A DNA stretch of 62,476 nt, filler included. It is 21 parts of 21 records of this genome, joined end to end, with 100 filler letters (N's around TTAATTAATTAA, not from the genome) between each part and the next. Parts side by side here need not be neighbours in the genome. Positions count along the whole stretch, not along the records: positions 1 to 2,257 come from SRR36015645_152204; positions 2,358 to 5,509 come from SRR36015645_152408; positions 5,610 to 8,658 come from SRR36015645_153098; positions 8,759 to 11,272 come from SRR36015645_153791; positions 11,373 to 15,477 come from SRR36015645_155402; 16 more parts are not named here. One strand, given 5' to 3'. Shown in pieces: positions 1 through 11,374 of the stretch (position 1 is its first letter; the number at the start of each line of letters is the position of its first letter). The notes under the pieces are model-generated. The model ran no database searches, was not told the DNA's origin, and saw nothing but the letters and a program-made list of their open reading frames with translations. The translations under genes were made by a program, and so were the position numbers.

Positions 1-1968
1 TTTTGTGGGCCCATATCACAGGGAAACGTAGAAATGAGGATGAACAAGGGTAGTAAAATGAAAGCTGGCTGGATTGGCATTACTAAAAATGCTCCCATGA
101 TCAACATTCATAATCAAACAGTGAACAAAATCGCTACAGCTCGAGATACACTTTCACGATTAGTAAACTTGAGTAAAGAAGATGCTGACCACTATGAAAA
201 TGCAACTGCAAGAAGAACCATGGATGAAAAGGCTGTGCAGGCTATGATGTCTTGCCTTGAGGAATGGAACTGCAGTCCTTGGTGTATGAATGACATGAAA
301 CTTCGTTCTCTGCAGTCTGGCTTAATGGCGTCATCGGAACTTCTTAATGATTTCAAATGCGCATATGGTGAAGGTGAAGAAATGGTACAAACAATTTATA
401 GAGAAAGAATTATGTCAGATGAAAAACAGCTGATACATCCGATTAAGCGGTTCAAAAGATACAACTTTGCAAATCCACCACTTCCTACGGCGGAAACTGC
501 AACACAAAAGAGAGCAACAAGTGAAATGGACAATAAGGCAATGGCGAGTTTGATTGCGCTTGCACAACAATCACGATTGAACCTCAGTGCAGTAATGGAG
601 TATCGACTGACAGACACACCATTATCAATTTTTAATCTTAATGGTACAATGCGAAAGGTGTCAAAATCAAAATTGTTGGAGAAACTAACCTTTGCCGAAA
701 TATCAACTGAGCAACATATGCTACAGTCAGTTGCTGTTGTCGATATGGGTTTCATATGGAGGAAGTGTACTCCAACAAAAGATGATCGAGAAAAGAACGA
801 CGGGACTGCCTACACATGGGGAGACTATGCTTCAAAAATATTTGAATACGTTCTTCAGCGTCACCCACAAGCAACAGAAATTCATTTTGTAAATGACAGA
901 TATGACGTAGAGTTTAGTATCAAAGATGCTGAACATAAGAGAAGAGAATCAGTCTACATCAGTGGTGCTAAGAACATCTTCCCAAAACATGATCTAAAAT
1001 TACCGAATAGTAATGAGATGGCATTGTTTTTCACCAGCTCAATGAACAAGATTCGTTTGCAAAACTTTCTCAAGGAAATCTTTGCATTATTGGCACGGAA
1101 TGTGGAAAAAACACTTGTGTACACAAGTGGGTCAGAATGTGTTGACCTTAAAACACTAGCTACACTTCAGGAGTACACGTGCTACCAGCACGAAGCAGAT
1201 ACCAAGATATTCTTCCATGCAAACATTCTCAATGGAATCAATAGCAATAGACCTATCGTCATCGATGCAGAAGACACCGATGTCATTGTAATAGCTGCGA
1301 GTGTCTGCCATAAATTCAATGCTGACATATTTCTGTATAGAAGAGGAAAGTTATATGATTGTTCTAAGATGTGTAGTGAGCAGGTGGCAAGAAGCTTAGT
1401 TCCTCTTCACGTCATATCTGGTTGTGATACAGTCAGTGGGTTTTATGGGCATGGCAAAACGAGCATTTTTGCCAAAGGTACAGTTTCTGAGGAAAGACTA
1501 AATTTGTTGTCTAAACTCGGTGCAGATGAGGAAGTATCTGAGTCTTTACTTGATGACACTACGTCTTTTGCGATTAAGTACATTTACAGTGATGCAACAT
1601 CCACAACACTTGGTGAGGCTAGGGCAAAGAAGTGGAATACGATGAAGAAGAAGATGACATCAAGAATCCCACCTGACAGCGATTCCTTCTGCTTGCATGT
1701 CAAAAGAGCAAATTATCAAGCGTTTATTATGAGAATGTACACAAGCCCTGCTGAACCACCTTCTCCATTTTCTCATGGCTGGAGGCTATCTAAAGAGGGA
1801 TATATTGTGCCAGAAATGTCCTCAAAACCTCCAATACCCGACGATCTTGCTGAAATGAACATCAGGCAGCAACCAATAAGCCAAGATACAGAATCTGATA
1901 CAGATACAGACATATTAGATTCAGACTCTGATGAGAGTGTTGCAGGAAGTGAAAATGAGTTAGAGTAA
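1..1968 (+). CDS. Academ (AcademX-type) transposase, C-terminal part with XPG/FEN1-like nuclease domain; 5' partial
   Basis: Frame is open from base 1. VEMRMNKGSKMKAGWIGIT resembles the region around the third catalytic E. XPG/PIN-like acidic motifs VVDMG, FVNDRY, HEADT, DAEDTDV and H3TH-like SGCDTVSGFYGHGK follow, then IPP..HVKRANYQ..GW and an acidic tail. Confidence 0.7.
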   Translation, partial: FCGPISQGNVEMRMNKGSKMKAGWIGITKNAPMINIHNQTVNKIATARDTLSRLVNLSKEDADHYENATARRTMDEKAVQAMMSCLEEWNCSPWCMNDMKLRSLQSGLMASSELLNDFKCAYGEGEEMVQTIYRERIMSDEKQLIHPIKRFKRYNFANPPLPTAETATQKRATSEMDNKAMASLIALAQQSRLNLSAVMEYRLTDTPLSIFNLNGTMRKVSKSKLLEKLTFAEISTEQHMLQSVAVVDMGFIWRKCTPTKDDREKNDGTAYTWGDYASKIFEYVLQRHPQATEIHFVNDRYDVEFSIKDAEHKRRESVYISGAKNIFPKHDLKLPNSNEMALFFTSSMNKIRLQNFLKEIFALLARNVEKTLVYTSGSECVDLKTLATLQEYTCYQHEADTKIFFHANILNGINSNRPIVIDAEDTDVIVIAASVCHKFNADIFLYRRGKLYDCSKMCSEQVARSLVPLHVISGCDTVSGFYGHGKTSIFAKGTVSEERLNLLSKLGADEEVSESLLDDTTSFAIKYIYSDATSTTLGEARAKKWNTMKKKMTSRIPPDSDSFCLHVKRANYQAFIMRMYTSPAEPPSPFSHGWRLSKEGYIVPEMSSKPPIPDDLAEMNIRQQPISQDTESDTDTDILDSDSDESVAGSENELE

Positions 1969-2257
1969 CAAACGTTTTGTAAAAGAGTTTCTAGTGATTT
2001 TCAAAACTAAGTAAGCTAGATAGTTAGTTATACCACTGTATATACGTATGAAGACATTTGTGCATAATTTCTTGTATAAACATTATCTAATCATAGTAGT
2101 GGCATTATCAGTGTTATCATCATGTGTTTGGAATAATATCAAGAGCATTACTTTAGTAAGTATATACTGTTTGTTAATTCTTCTTGTTTTACTTTTGTAT
2201 TCTCATCAAAACGTTACTGTCACATTCATTTATTGATGTTTTACAAAGCTAAATTCC

Positions 2258-2357
2258 NNNNNNNNNNNNNNNNNNNNNNNNNNNNNNNNNNNNNNNNNNN
2301 NTTAATTAATTAANNNNNNNNNNNNNNNNNNNNNNNNNNNNNNNNNNNNNNNNNNNN
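2258..2357. other. Artificial 100-bp contig linker N44-TTAATTAATTAA-N44 (first of 20)
   Basis: Identical linkers start at 2258, 5510, 8659, 11273, 15478, 17880, 21733, 24845, 27130, 29287, 31459, 34141, 36428, 38563, 42502, 44654, 49241, 51958, 57302 and 59525. The 12-mer puts stop codons in all six frames. Confidence 0.99.
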
Positions 2358-3570
2358 CTTTTAATATGCTCTCCGTTGTAGTATGCAGTCTACCATCTGA
2401 GTCTTGGATGCTTGTCATGTTCTTTAGTTTCGCCCTTTGTTTCTCTAGCCCGACAAAAAACTTTGTTGGTTTTTCCCCCTGCTCTTCCCATTGTGCCTTG
2501 GCTCGTACTCTATCTCCTTCCGTAGTCTTCTCTTCAATATCTTTAATCTGTGCCTCTATCCTATTGAGCAGATTTGCATACTCATGTTGGCCCTGGCTTA
2601 TTTTGTTGGCTATCCTTTTTTGATCTTTGGTGAGTTTCTTTTTAAGCCGTCTAGCTTTCAACGATTTGTTTTTGCAGTAATCCATAGAGATGAATTTAAC
2701 GTCAGTTTTCATTTTGTCCCACCAATCTGCCATCGTTTTATTAGGCGGCTTTGTGCGTTTCCAGTTCTCTATGTATGTTACGACTTTGTTTTGGTATTCA
2801 GCATCTTTTAGCACTCCTTCATTTAGGATCCATTTGCCTGGTCCAAGTCGTATCCCAGTACAAGAATCTAATCGCATCTTTACAGCATCGTGATCACTCC
2901 AAGGACAAAATTCAATGTTAACGTTTGAGATAGACGTGGATAACCTGTTGTCCCCCAGTATATAGTCAATTCTGCTTGCCGCAGTTCTGGCAGCATTGTG
3001 GTAGGTGTATTCCTTTTTTACTGGGTTGTAATCTCTCCAGACATCTGATAAGTTGTATTCTTGCATGATCGTTTTCATCACCTGCCTACTGGAATCATGG
3101 GGGTTGTTCGCGTGCATGCTGTCTTTCTCCGGGTCTAGATACAGATTCATGTCACCAACTACCAGGTGCACAGTTTCGTTTTCCATTGCCGTTTGGAGAA
3201 GTTCAAAAAAGCGTTTTCTATCACTTGGTGTATTTGGTGCGTAGCAGTTGATAAGTCGAATGATATCATTTTCCCATTTAACGTCCAGGCTTATTAATCT
3301 TCCATCATTGTCCATTTGTCCTTCCCTTATCTGTATTGTATGATCACTTTTGAACATTATGCATACTCCTCTAGAATGTGTTGTGCCGTGGCTGTAGAAG
3401 ATGTCTCCTCCCCATTCATTCTTCCACCTTTGCTCATCTTGGGGTGAGGAATGTGTCTCTTGCAGCATCGCTATATCCACCCTTGATCTCTTCAGCCATT
3501 CAAATATTTGTTTTCTCTTTTCACTACACTTGATCCCATTAACATTTAAAGTTAAGAGACTTAAGGCCAT
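2358..3570 (-). CDS. LINE ORF2p, AP-endonuclease domain and linker; 3' partial
   Basis: TLNVNG, LQETH, RGVCI, YAPN, GDMN, SRIDY, SDH, GPGKWILN, GEKPTKFF. Likely start at ATG 3570; upstream in-frame ATGs extend to 3627. Confidence 0.92.
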
Positions 3571-3613
3571 ATTTAATATCAGAAAAAGTCTTCCCTTCAT
3601 GATTGCTTTGGAT

Positions 3614-5449
3614 TTATTTCTTTTCATGTCTCTTTGCCCTCCAGTAATACCTTCCTTTGTGGAACCACACTTCTTTATTCTTGTACTTCTCTATTTCCTT
3701 TCTCGTAGCGTCATCCACGTTGTTTATTATGAGCGTGTTCCTTGCAGCAATTTGTTTTGTGTCCTTGCTTCTCCAGTGCCACATACCATCTTGTGACATA
3801 AAAGGTTCCATAAAGGATAATGTAAGATATGTGTGCTCTAGACCTGGAGGTATATTCTGTGGCTTCTTTCCCTGGGATGATGTTGTTTTGTCTTCTTCTA
3901 CCTTATTGTTTCCTCCACTGTTAGATTGATTTGTGATATCTTGACTACTTGCTTCAGTGGTAACTTTAAATCGTTTTAGCGCTGGTTGGCTTGAGGTGGC
4001 CTTGCTTGTCTTGATATTATCCTGTGTGTACGTAGCTGTAGACACTCGTTTTTCGCGTTCCCCTTGTTGTGTTTTGTTTTCATGTTCTCCCCAAGATTCT
4101 GAGACCTGCATCTCCTCCTCCGCATCGTAGAATGAGGAATCCAAGCTGGTGATACTCGTACAAGAACTGTTGCTTTTCCTCGTTATTTCGTTTTTCTTTC
4201 TGAAGTTTTCGATGATCACATTCTCTGTCACCCGTGTTTCAGCGCTGTTTCTTGCGGTAGCAGCAGTATTATCCATGTTGTCCATGATGCCTGCACTCTC
4301 GTCATTATTTTGGTGTGTTTTGTTCTTTGAGGATTCTTCGCCTGCTGGTTCCGGATTTTTGCTACCACTTGCACTGGCTTCTGTCTGATCCTTCACATTG
4401 TTTGATCCAAGCTCATGTACCTGTAAACTAGCATTAGTATTTTCACTGCTTACAATACCCGCTGTTACATTACTCACATTATCATTAGCAATAATTCTAC
4501 ATGCAGTATCATTGGGAACACTATTACACTGGCTATCAGTAGGGGCAATATTACATGCATTAACCAAGGTGGGTTCATTTACAGCATTGTTTTTTACAGA
4601 GTTGTTACAATTTTCATCAGCTGCACGTGCATTAAATTCAGAATTATTTACTGTACCCTTACTGTCCCGGTCTAAACATTTCACAACCTCATTAGAAATA
4701 ACATCATCATTTGTTTTTTCAACACTCTCAGATTGAGGAGGTACATGTACCTTCTTCACATTATCAGTACCATTATTTTCGTTCTTTTTACAGTCAATTG
4801 CCTTATGACCGAAGCCATTGCACGAAAAACACTTTATTTGACCTTTCATACTGCAGTCTTTGGCTATATGCTCAGAACTGCTACATATCCTGCAGGTTTT
4901 AGGCTGGCCTTTGTATGAAACCTGCAATTTATAACCATTAATAGTCACATAGTTCGGTATATCTTCTTTAATGTCTATCTCTAGGCTACGGACTCCCTTT
5001 TCTATTCCTTTCATCAAGCCTACATTGTACTTCAGCCGCCTTGCACTGTTTTCAGTAACTTTCCCGTATCGTGACAGCATCTGGACAATAACGACGTCCG
5101 GCATTTCGTAGGGAGCCTCGATGTAGGCTATTGTCTGCTTATCCGACCGCACTGGATAGCATTGGATAATTCTATTAGCCAGAGTGATGCCACGCTGCAC
5201 TAGCCTATCTTTATCAGCCGTCTCGGCGAACGTAATGTTCCAAAATCCAAAGCTATTACGGGTCACACATGGGATTCGGCTGCTTACATGGTCTTCATCG
5301 ATGTTCAGAAATTCGCTAACGGACCGTACAACATCCTCTACACCAGGAAACGCTTCCATCCCCTTATCTGTGAATACAACGGTATTCTCGCGTTTAAAAC
5401 TGGCTACTGGCCCATTGGAACTTTTTGCAGTTGCACGTGCGTAATTCAT
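3614..5449 (-). CDS. LINE ORF1p (RRM-like N-terminus, two CCHC knuckles, long disordered region, aromatic C-terminal block)
   Basis: APYEMPD, YKGQPKTC, CRICSSSEHIAKDC, CFSCNGFGHKAIDC. Clear homolog of 57638-59524. Confidence 0.88.
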   Translation of the reverse strand: MNYARATAKSSNGPVASFKRENTVVFTDKGMEAFPGVEDVVRSVSEFLNIDEDHVSSRIPCVTRNSFGFWNITFAETADKDRLVQRGITLANRIIQCYPVRSDKQTIAYIEAPYEMPDVVIVQMLSRYGKVTENSARRLKYNVGLMKGIEKGVRSLEIDIKEDIPNYVTINGYKLQVSYKGQPKTCRICSSSEHIAKDCSMKGQIKCFSCNGFGHKAIDCKKNENNGTDNVKKVHVPPQSESVEKTNDDVISNEVVKCLDRDSKGTVNNSEFNARAADENCNNSVKNNAVNEPTLVNACNIAPTDSQCNSVPNDTACRIIANDNVSNVTAGIVSSENTNASLQVHELGSNNVKDQTEASASGSKNPEPAGEESSKNKTHQNNDESAGIMDNMDNTAATARNSAETRVTENVIIENFRKKNEITRKSNSSCTSITSLDSSFYDAEEEMQVSESWGEHENKTQQGEREKRVSTATYTQDNIKTSKATSSQPALKRFKVTTEASSQDITNQSNSGGNNKVEEDKTTSSQGKKPQNIPPGLEHTYLTLSFMEPFMSQDGMWHWRSKDTKQIAARNTLIINNVDDATRKEIEKYKNKEVWFHKGRYYWRAKRHEKK

Positions 5450-5609
5450 GATATCGACTACTATGTGTACACAAAATTCTAAAAAGTGTCAAATAGCTGC
5501 CTTCAGGTGNNNNNNNNNNNNNNNNNNNNNNNNNNNNNNNNNNNNNNNNNNNNTTAATTAATTAANNNNNNNNNNNNNNNNNNNNNNNNNNNNNNNNNNN
5601 NNNNNNNNN

Positions 5610-6575
5610 ACAGATGAAGAAAAACACGGTAGTGCCAATGAAGAGGACAATCATGACAAACAAAAGGATCACAAAAGCATTATCCGAACGAATAAAAAGC
5701 CTAGAAAGGACGAAGACAGTGTGGAGGTGAAAAGAAGAAATCGCCAAAAAGAAATTGAAGAAAAAGAAACAAGACCTACAGGTACTGCTGAAGATGCCTT
5801 ATCCCTCAAGCATACAGCTTCACAGAACATTTCTTCCCTGGTAGAAAAGCACAGGGCCAACAACAGAAGTGCCACAAGTAGGGGAGCACATAACCTTTCA
5901 TCAGAATGCCATGAAGCATTTTATAGTATGAATGAGGAAGAGGAGCGTGATTCAGATCGGGATCGAAATCAAGCAAATGATTCGGTGTGTATCGAAATAC
6001 AAACAGATGAAGAGGAAACAAATAATCGTAATGTGGAGCCTATACAAACAATTATCTGCAGCACTCCACTGGGACACAGGAATGATAATGATTTGGTGCT
6101 ATCACAAGTACTGGATGCCAACACTGTGATGCCTTTGGAAGAGGACATAATTAAAGATGCCGCAGCAGTTAAACAGAATAAAGATGGAGGAAAGACGCCG
6201 GGTGATGAATGTGACAGTAATAACCACTCAATGGAACAAATAATACTGACGCAAGACATACATCGTTCAAGCGATTCATTTCCACTACCTCGGCAGAATC
6301 TGAAGGAGTTGCTGAATGCAACGAAAGGGAAAAGGAAAACTGAATTAATGGAAATTGTACAAACATACACAACAGATATCGACGGACTTATCAATCAATT
6401 GGAAGAAGAGAGAAAGGCAAAGAATACATTGGGTGAAGACAAGAAGAATTTAGGTCGCAGAATCACACACCTAATAAAGAGACTGAAATACAGTGGGATA
6501 GAAAACATGGAATTTGACGATGATGATCCACCAGACTCGATGAACATGGACACGATAGCAAAATTACCAGTATAA
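5610..6575 (+). CDS. LINE ORF1p C-terminal part (disordered plus coiled coil); 5' partial
   Basis: Open from the contig start and ends 18 nt before an APE-RT ORF2. Called by position; no knuckle is visible in the fragment. Confidence 0.7.
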   Translation, partial: TDEEKHGSANEEDNHDKQKDHKSIIRTNKKPRKDEDSVEVKRRNRQKEIEEKETRPTGTAEDALSLKHTASQNISSLVEKHRANNRSATSRGAHNLSSECHEAFYSMNEEEERDSDRDRNQANDSVCIEIQTDEEETNNRNVEPIQTIICSTPLGHRNDNDLVLSQVLDANTVMPLEEDIIKDAAAVKQNKDGGKTPGDECDSNNHSMEQIILTQDIHRSSDSFPLPRQNLKELLNATKGKRKTELMEIVQTYTTDIDGLINQLEEERKAKNTLGEDKKNLGRRITHLIKRLKYSGIENMEFDDDDPPDSMNMDTIAKLPV

Positions 6576-6593
6576 CTAATTTAATACGATATC

Positions 6594-8658
6594 ATGGCAG
6601 CGTACAATATCCTATCTTTAAACACCCATGGTATGGCACAGCGTACCAGAACAAAGCAAATTACAGACTACCTATCAATTTTGAACGTCGACATAGCTTT
6701 TCTTCAAGAAACAAATGTGGATAAGGCAAAATTAGAAGACAAACTATTCTGGAAAAATTTGGAATATAGCTATACATTTTTTTCAGTGCCGCAAAAGTTT
6801 TCAGGTGTCGGATTTGCAGTTAAAAGAAACAGCAACATTACCATAACGCAAGCTAGTGAACTGGTTGAAGGATATCTGATATTTGTACGCTATGAAATTA
6901 ACGACGTCGAATATAATGCATACAACTTATACATGCCACAAGATGACAAATTAGGTGAACATGTGCTGAACACTCTACAGAAACATGCTAACGATAACAC
7001 AGTCTCGACTAATGTATTTGTGATTGGTGATTTCAATGTGACATTGAATCCGCGTATTGACAGACAAGATGATGCCATTGAAAGAAGACCAAGGATACAG
7101 AAGAAATTAAAAGACTTATGTAATAAACTTAGATTAGTTGACTTATGGCGGGTAACGCACGAGTTGGAAAGAGAATATACGTTCACCTCACGCAGAGAAA
7201 ATAAAATAATAACAGCAAGACTTGATAGAGTCTATGTGACACGGGATATACGAAACGCTATATATGCATGTGACATAGAAGCATGCAGCCTATCCGATCA
7301 CGAGGCTGTGTTGACAAAACTTCAAGGAGTCAAACGACATCGAAGAGGAAATTCAAACAACCATTGGAAAATGAACAACTCGCTTTTAGAAGATAACGAA
7401 TACTGCCATTTGATGAACAAATTCTTGGAGTCTTGGATAGAACAAAAAGATAAATACCAAGGAAATTTGTCTCAATGGTGGGAAATTGGGAAAAGCAAGA
7501 TAAAAAGTCTTACAACAAGTTATGCATTGCAAAAAGCAAGAGATGACAGACTAAGCATTACTACACTGCAACACGAGCTGAACGAAATCATAAGAGGCGG
7601 ATTAAGTCAGCCAGAAAACGTAAATGAATACAAAGAGAAAAAGGAACTTCTGAACCAGATCTTCAAAAAACGTGCCTTAGGTGCATTAACCAGATCCAGA
7701 TTCAAACACATAAATGAGGTCGACAAATCAACCAAATACTTTTACTCATTGGAGCAGAGCAATTCTTCTACAAACACAATTAAAAACATGTATCTGGATG
7801 ATAAAACTATTACGTGTGACGAAAAGAAAATTGCAGACCACATCGTAGACTTTTATTCAACACTATACAGAAAGGAAGATGTAAGAGAAGAATCGATGAA
7901 TGAGCTATTGGTAAATCTCCCAAAGATAACGGAAGAGGAAAGAAACATCTTGAATTCTCCAATATCGCTTTCTGAATTCAGCGTTGCCGTGAGAATGTCC
8001 AAGAACAATTCATCTCCCGGTTCAGATGGTATATCCAACGAGTTCTACAAAAAGTTCTGGAGTACAATAGGACAACATCTAATAGAAGTATTTATGGAAA
8101 TAATTAATAAAAAACAGCTGCCACTCTCAATGAAAATCGCCATAATTACCTTGCTCTTGAAGAAGATGAGTGATCATAGATACATAAAGAATTATCGACC
8201 AGTGTCTTTACTGAATACCGACTTCAAGTTGTTCACGAAAGTCCTAGCGATAAGACTCAGAAAAGTATTGGGCTCAATAATTCACCATGATCAAACGTGC
8301 GGTGTAATAAATCGGAAAATACAAGATAATATCAACTTACTGAGAGACGCCATTTTCTACGCGAATACCAACCGTTTAAAGATGATCATGCTCGCTTTGG
8401 ATCAGGAGAAAGCATTTGATCGGGTGGATCATAGTTACCTCTTCGTAACGATGGAAAAATTTGGCTTAGGTGAATGGTTCATAAACTGTGTAAGAACAAT
8501 ATATGCTGGCGCTCTGAGCTACATCAAACTGCCAGGTGGGCTGGCTGGTCCGATACAATTTCAGCGTGGTATCCGCCAGGGAGACAGTCTGAGCATGTTA
8601 CTCTATGTTATTGCCATAGAGCCTTTATTGTGCTCATTGAGGAAAAATCTGAGACACT
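6594..8658 (+). CDS. L1/Tx1-type ORF2p (APE + reverse transcriptase); 3' partial
   Basis: SLNTHG, LQET, GDFN, RLDR, SDH; SPGSDG, NYRPVSLLNTDFK, DQEKAFDRV, GIRQGDSLS. Confidence 0.95.
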
Positions 8659-8758
8659 NNNNNNNNNNNNNNNNNNNNNNNNNNNNNNNNNNNNNNNNNN
8701 NNTTAATTAATTAANNNNNNNNNNNNNNNNNNNNNNNNNNNNNNNNNNNNNNNNNNNN

Positions 8759-11272
8759 GATAATTTGGAATACGATAAAGAAAATTGTTGTTGGATTACT
8801 AGTTATCCGTGGTTGGTGAACCCGGAAACACTTCCAGACAATTATACTATGGCCCTCGCTACGTTAATAAGCACAGAAAACAAATTGAAAAGAGATCCCG
8901 AATGGGCTAAAACATATTCAGGACAAATTCAAGATATGGTAGACAGGAAAGTGGCACGAAAATTAACAGATTTTGAAGCAAAGAATTGGAATGGCCCTAA
9001 GTTCTACATTAGCCATTTAGCTATTCTAAACATACGCTCGAATTCGACACCAGTCAGAATTGTGTTTAACTCAAGTCAGGTATTTAAAGGGAATTCTTTA
9101 AACTCATGCTTAGCAAAAGGACCCGACTGCTATATGAATAACATGACGGGTATTATGCTTCGTTGGAGAGAAGAGGAAATTGCAGTGGTGGGAGACATAA
9201 AGAAAATGTATAACTCAATTCACCTGAAATCGATGGAGCAACAATGCCATCGATTCCTTTGGAGAGATTTAGATACCACCAGGAAGCCAGATGTTTACAT
9301 CATTACACGTGTGAATATGGGGGATAGACCAGCATCTGCAATCAGTTCTGAAGCCATCTACAAAACTGCTGACAGATTCCATGATGACAGCCCAAGGGCT
9401 GCGGAATTATTAAGAAATTCAACATATGTAGATGATCTAATTGACTCGTTCAAAACTGAATTAGAGGCTCAAGTTGTCATGCAACAAGTTGAAGACATGC
9501 TCCATAAAGGTGGATTTAAAGTAAAGTGTTGGGAATTCAATGGACAAACAAACAGTGGGGAAACAGCAAGTTTATTGAAAGGAACAGGAGACACCTTGCG
9601 TGTTTTAGGGTTAGGCTGGAAACCAAAGAGTGATACAATAGTTTTTGAAGTCAATCTCAATTTCTCAAGGAAGCAGAAAGGCATACGAACAAGTGAAAGT
9701 CTTCACAGAACTGCTGTTCCCAAGGACCTTCCAACAATATTGACACGACGAATTATACTGGAACAAGTAATGATGATATATGATCCGTTAGGGTTAATAT
9801 CACCTTTCACCCTGTTGTCAAAAATCTACCTCAGAGAAACGTGGACTTTGAAGCTTGAATGGGATGAACCGATACCAGCAGATCTTCGACAGAAATGGGT
9901 ACAGTTCTTTACTTCGCTGTTTGAAATAGAGGATCTGCAGTTACCCCGTTGCTTACACCCAAAGAACACAGTGGGACTCCCATGGCTAATCATTTTCAGT
10001 GACGGCAGCAATATCGCGTACGGCTTCATTGCCTACATACGATGGAAATTGGAAAATGGAAAATATTGGTGCCGACTCATAATGACCAAAAGTAGAATTG
10101 CGCCATTAAAAAAGATTTCCACTCCACAGATGGAACTAAATGCTGCTGTTCTATCAAAGCGTGGTAGGAAAGTAATAGAAAAGGAAACAAGATTTCAGTA
10201 TGAGAGGGTCATACAGATCGTCGATTCAGAGACTGTACTTAACATGATCAACAAAACGAGCACACGATTCAAAACATACGAAGGTGTAAGGATTGGAGAG
10301 ATACAAGCAGCAACCAATGGAGATATGTCTTGTTGGGCATGGATGGCAGGCAAACATAATACTGCTGATTGGCTTACCAGAGGACGAATGCCACATGAAC
10401 TGGACATAGATTCTCAATGGTGGAATGGACCACCTGTATTATATACACATTTTGAGGAGTGGGAGATAAAATTCGGGCTGCAAAAGGATGAGTTTTCTCC
10501 CGGAGAAAAGAAGATATTTGCAACGTCAGCCATTACCTCTCAGATTTCGTTGATAGCATATGACAGATGCAGCAACATTAACAAACTTTTTTGGGTGATA
10601 GCAAGGCTAAAGAATATTGCTAAGCTCAAGTCAATACGAGGAGGTAATCGCAATCTTGTAACTTGTGAAGGCTTACAAATTGCTGAAGACTACATTGTAA
10701 GGGATATCCAAAAAACAATAACCAATGAACTACAAATGGTCGATGGCAAAGGTCGAAAGGGAGGTCGTTACTCGCGATTGAACCCAATTCAAAATCGTAA
10801 TGGCATATGGGTTATAGGAGCTAGAATGGCTTTACACAATGCCATGACACCTGATTCAGAGCTTCAAATACTTATACCGACAAAGCATGAGGGTACTCGA
10901 CTTTTCATGAAGCGTGCCCATGTTAACGGACACAGAGGAAGAGATGCTACGTTAGTGCATTTTAGACAAAAGTACTGGACTCCACATGGTGATAAATTGG
11001 CTAAATCTGTCAAGTTTGAATGCCAAAAGTGCAAGCTGCACAATGTAGCTCTGTTGAATCAGGAGATGGCTCCACTGCCGGAGAAAAGGCTTAGGCCATC
11101 GCCCCCGTTTAACAATGTGATGCTTGATTTGTTTGGACCGTACTCAGTTCGAGGGGAAGTACAGAAACGAGTAACGTCAAAGGTTTATGGAGTGCTTTTC
11201 GCAGATTTGGTTATGCGGGCTGTACATATCGAAGGTGCAGTGGGGTACGATACAAGTTCTTTTCTATTGGCA
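8759..11272 (+). CDS. BEL/Pao LTR retrotransposon Pol (RT, RNase H, integrase start); partial at both ends
   Basis: VRIVFN, GDIKKMY, RFLWR, YVDD, YDPLG, FSDGSNIAYG, TPQMELNAA, NTADWLTRG, integrase H..H..CQKC, MAPLP..RL, LDLFGP. Confidence 0.93.
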
Positions 11273-11374
11273 NNNNNNNNNNNNNNNNNNNNNNNNNNNN
11301 NNNNNNNNNNNNNNNNTTAATTAATTAANNNNNNNNNNNNNNNNNNNNNNNNNNNNNNNNNNNNNNNNNNNNAT

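Larger units (their letters stand above)
2358..5509 (-). mobile_element. L1/Tx1-type non-LTR retrotransposon, 5' half
   Basis: Zinc-knuckle ORF1 followed directly by an APE-domain ORF2, truncated by the linker. Confidence 0.9.

Noticed and set aside
2302-2313. Recurrent TTAATTAATTAA as a biological repeat or CRISPR repeat
   Set aside because: It is always centred in N44 blocks, so it is an artificial six-frame-stop linker.
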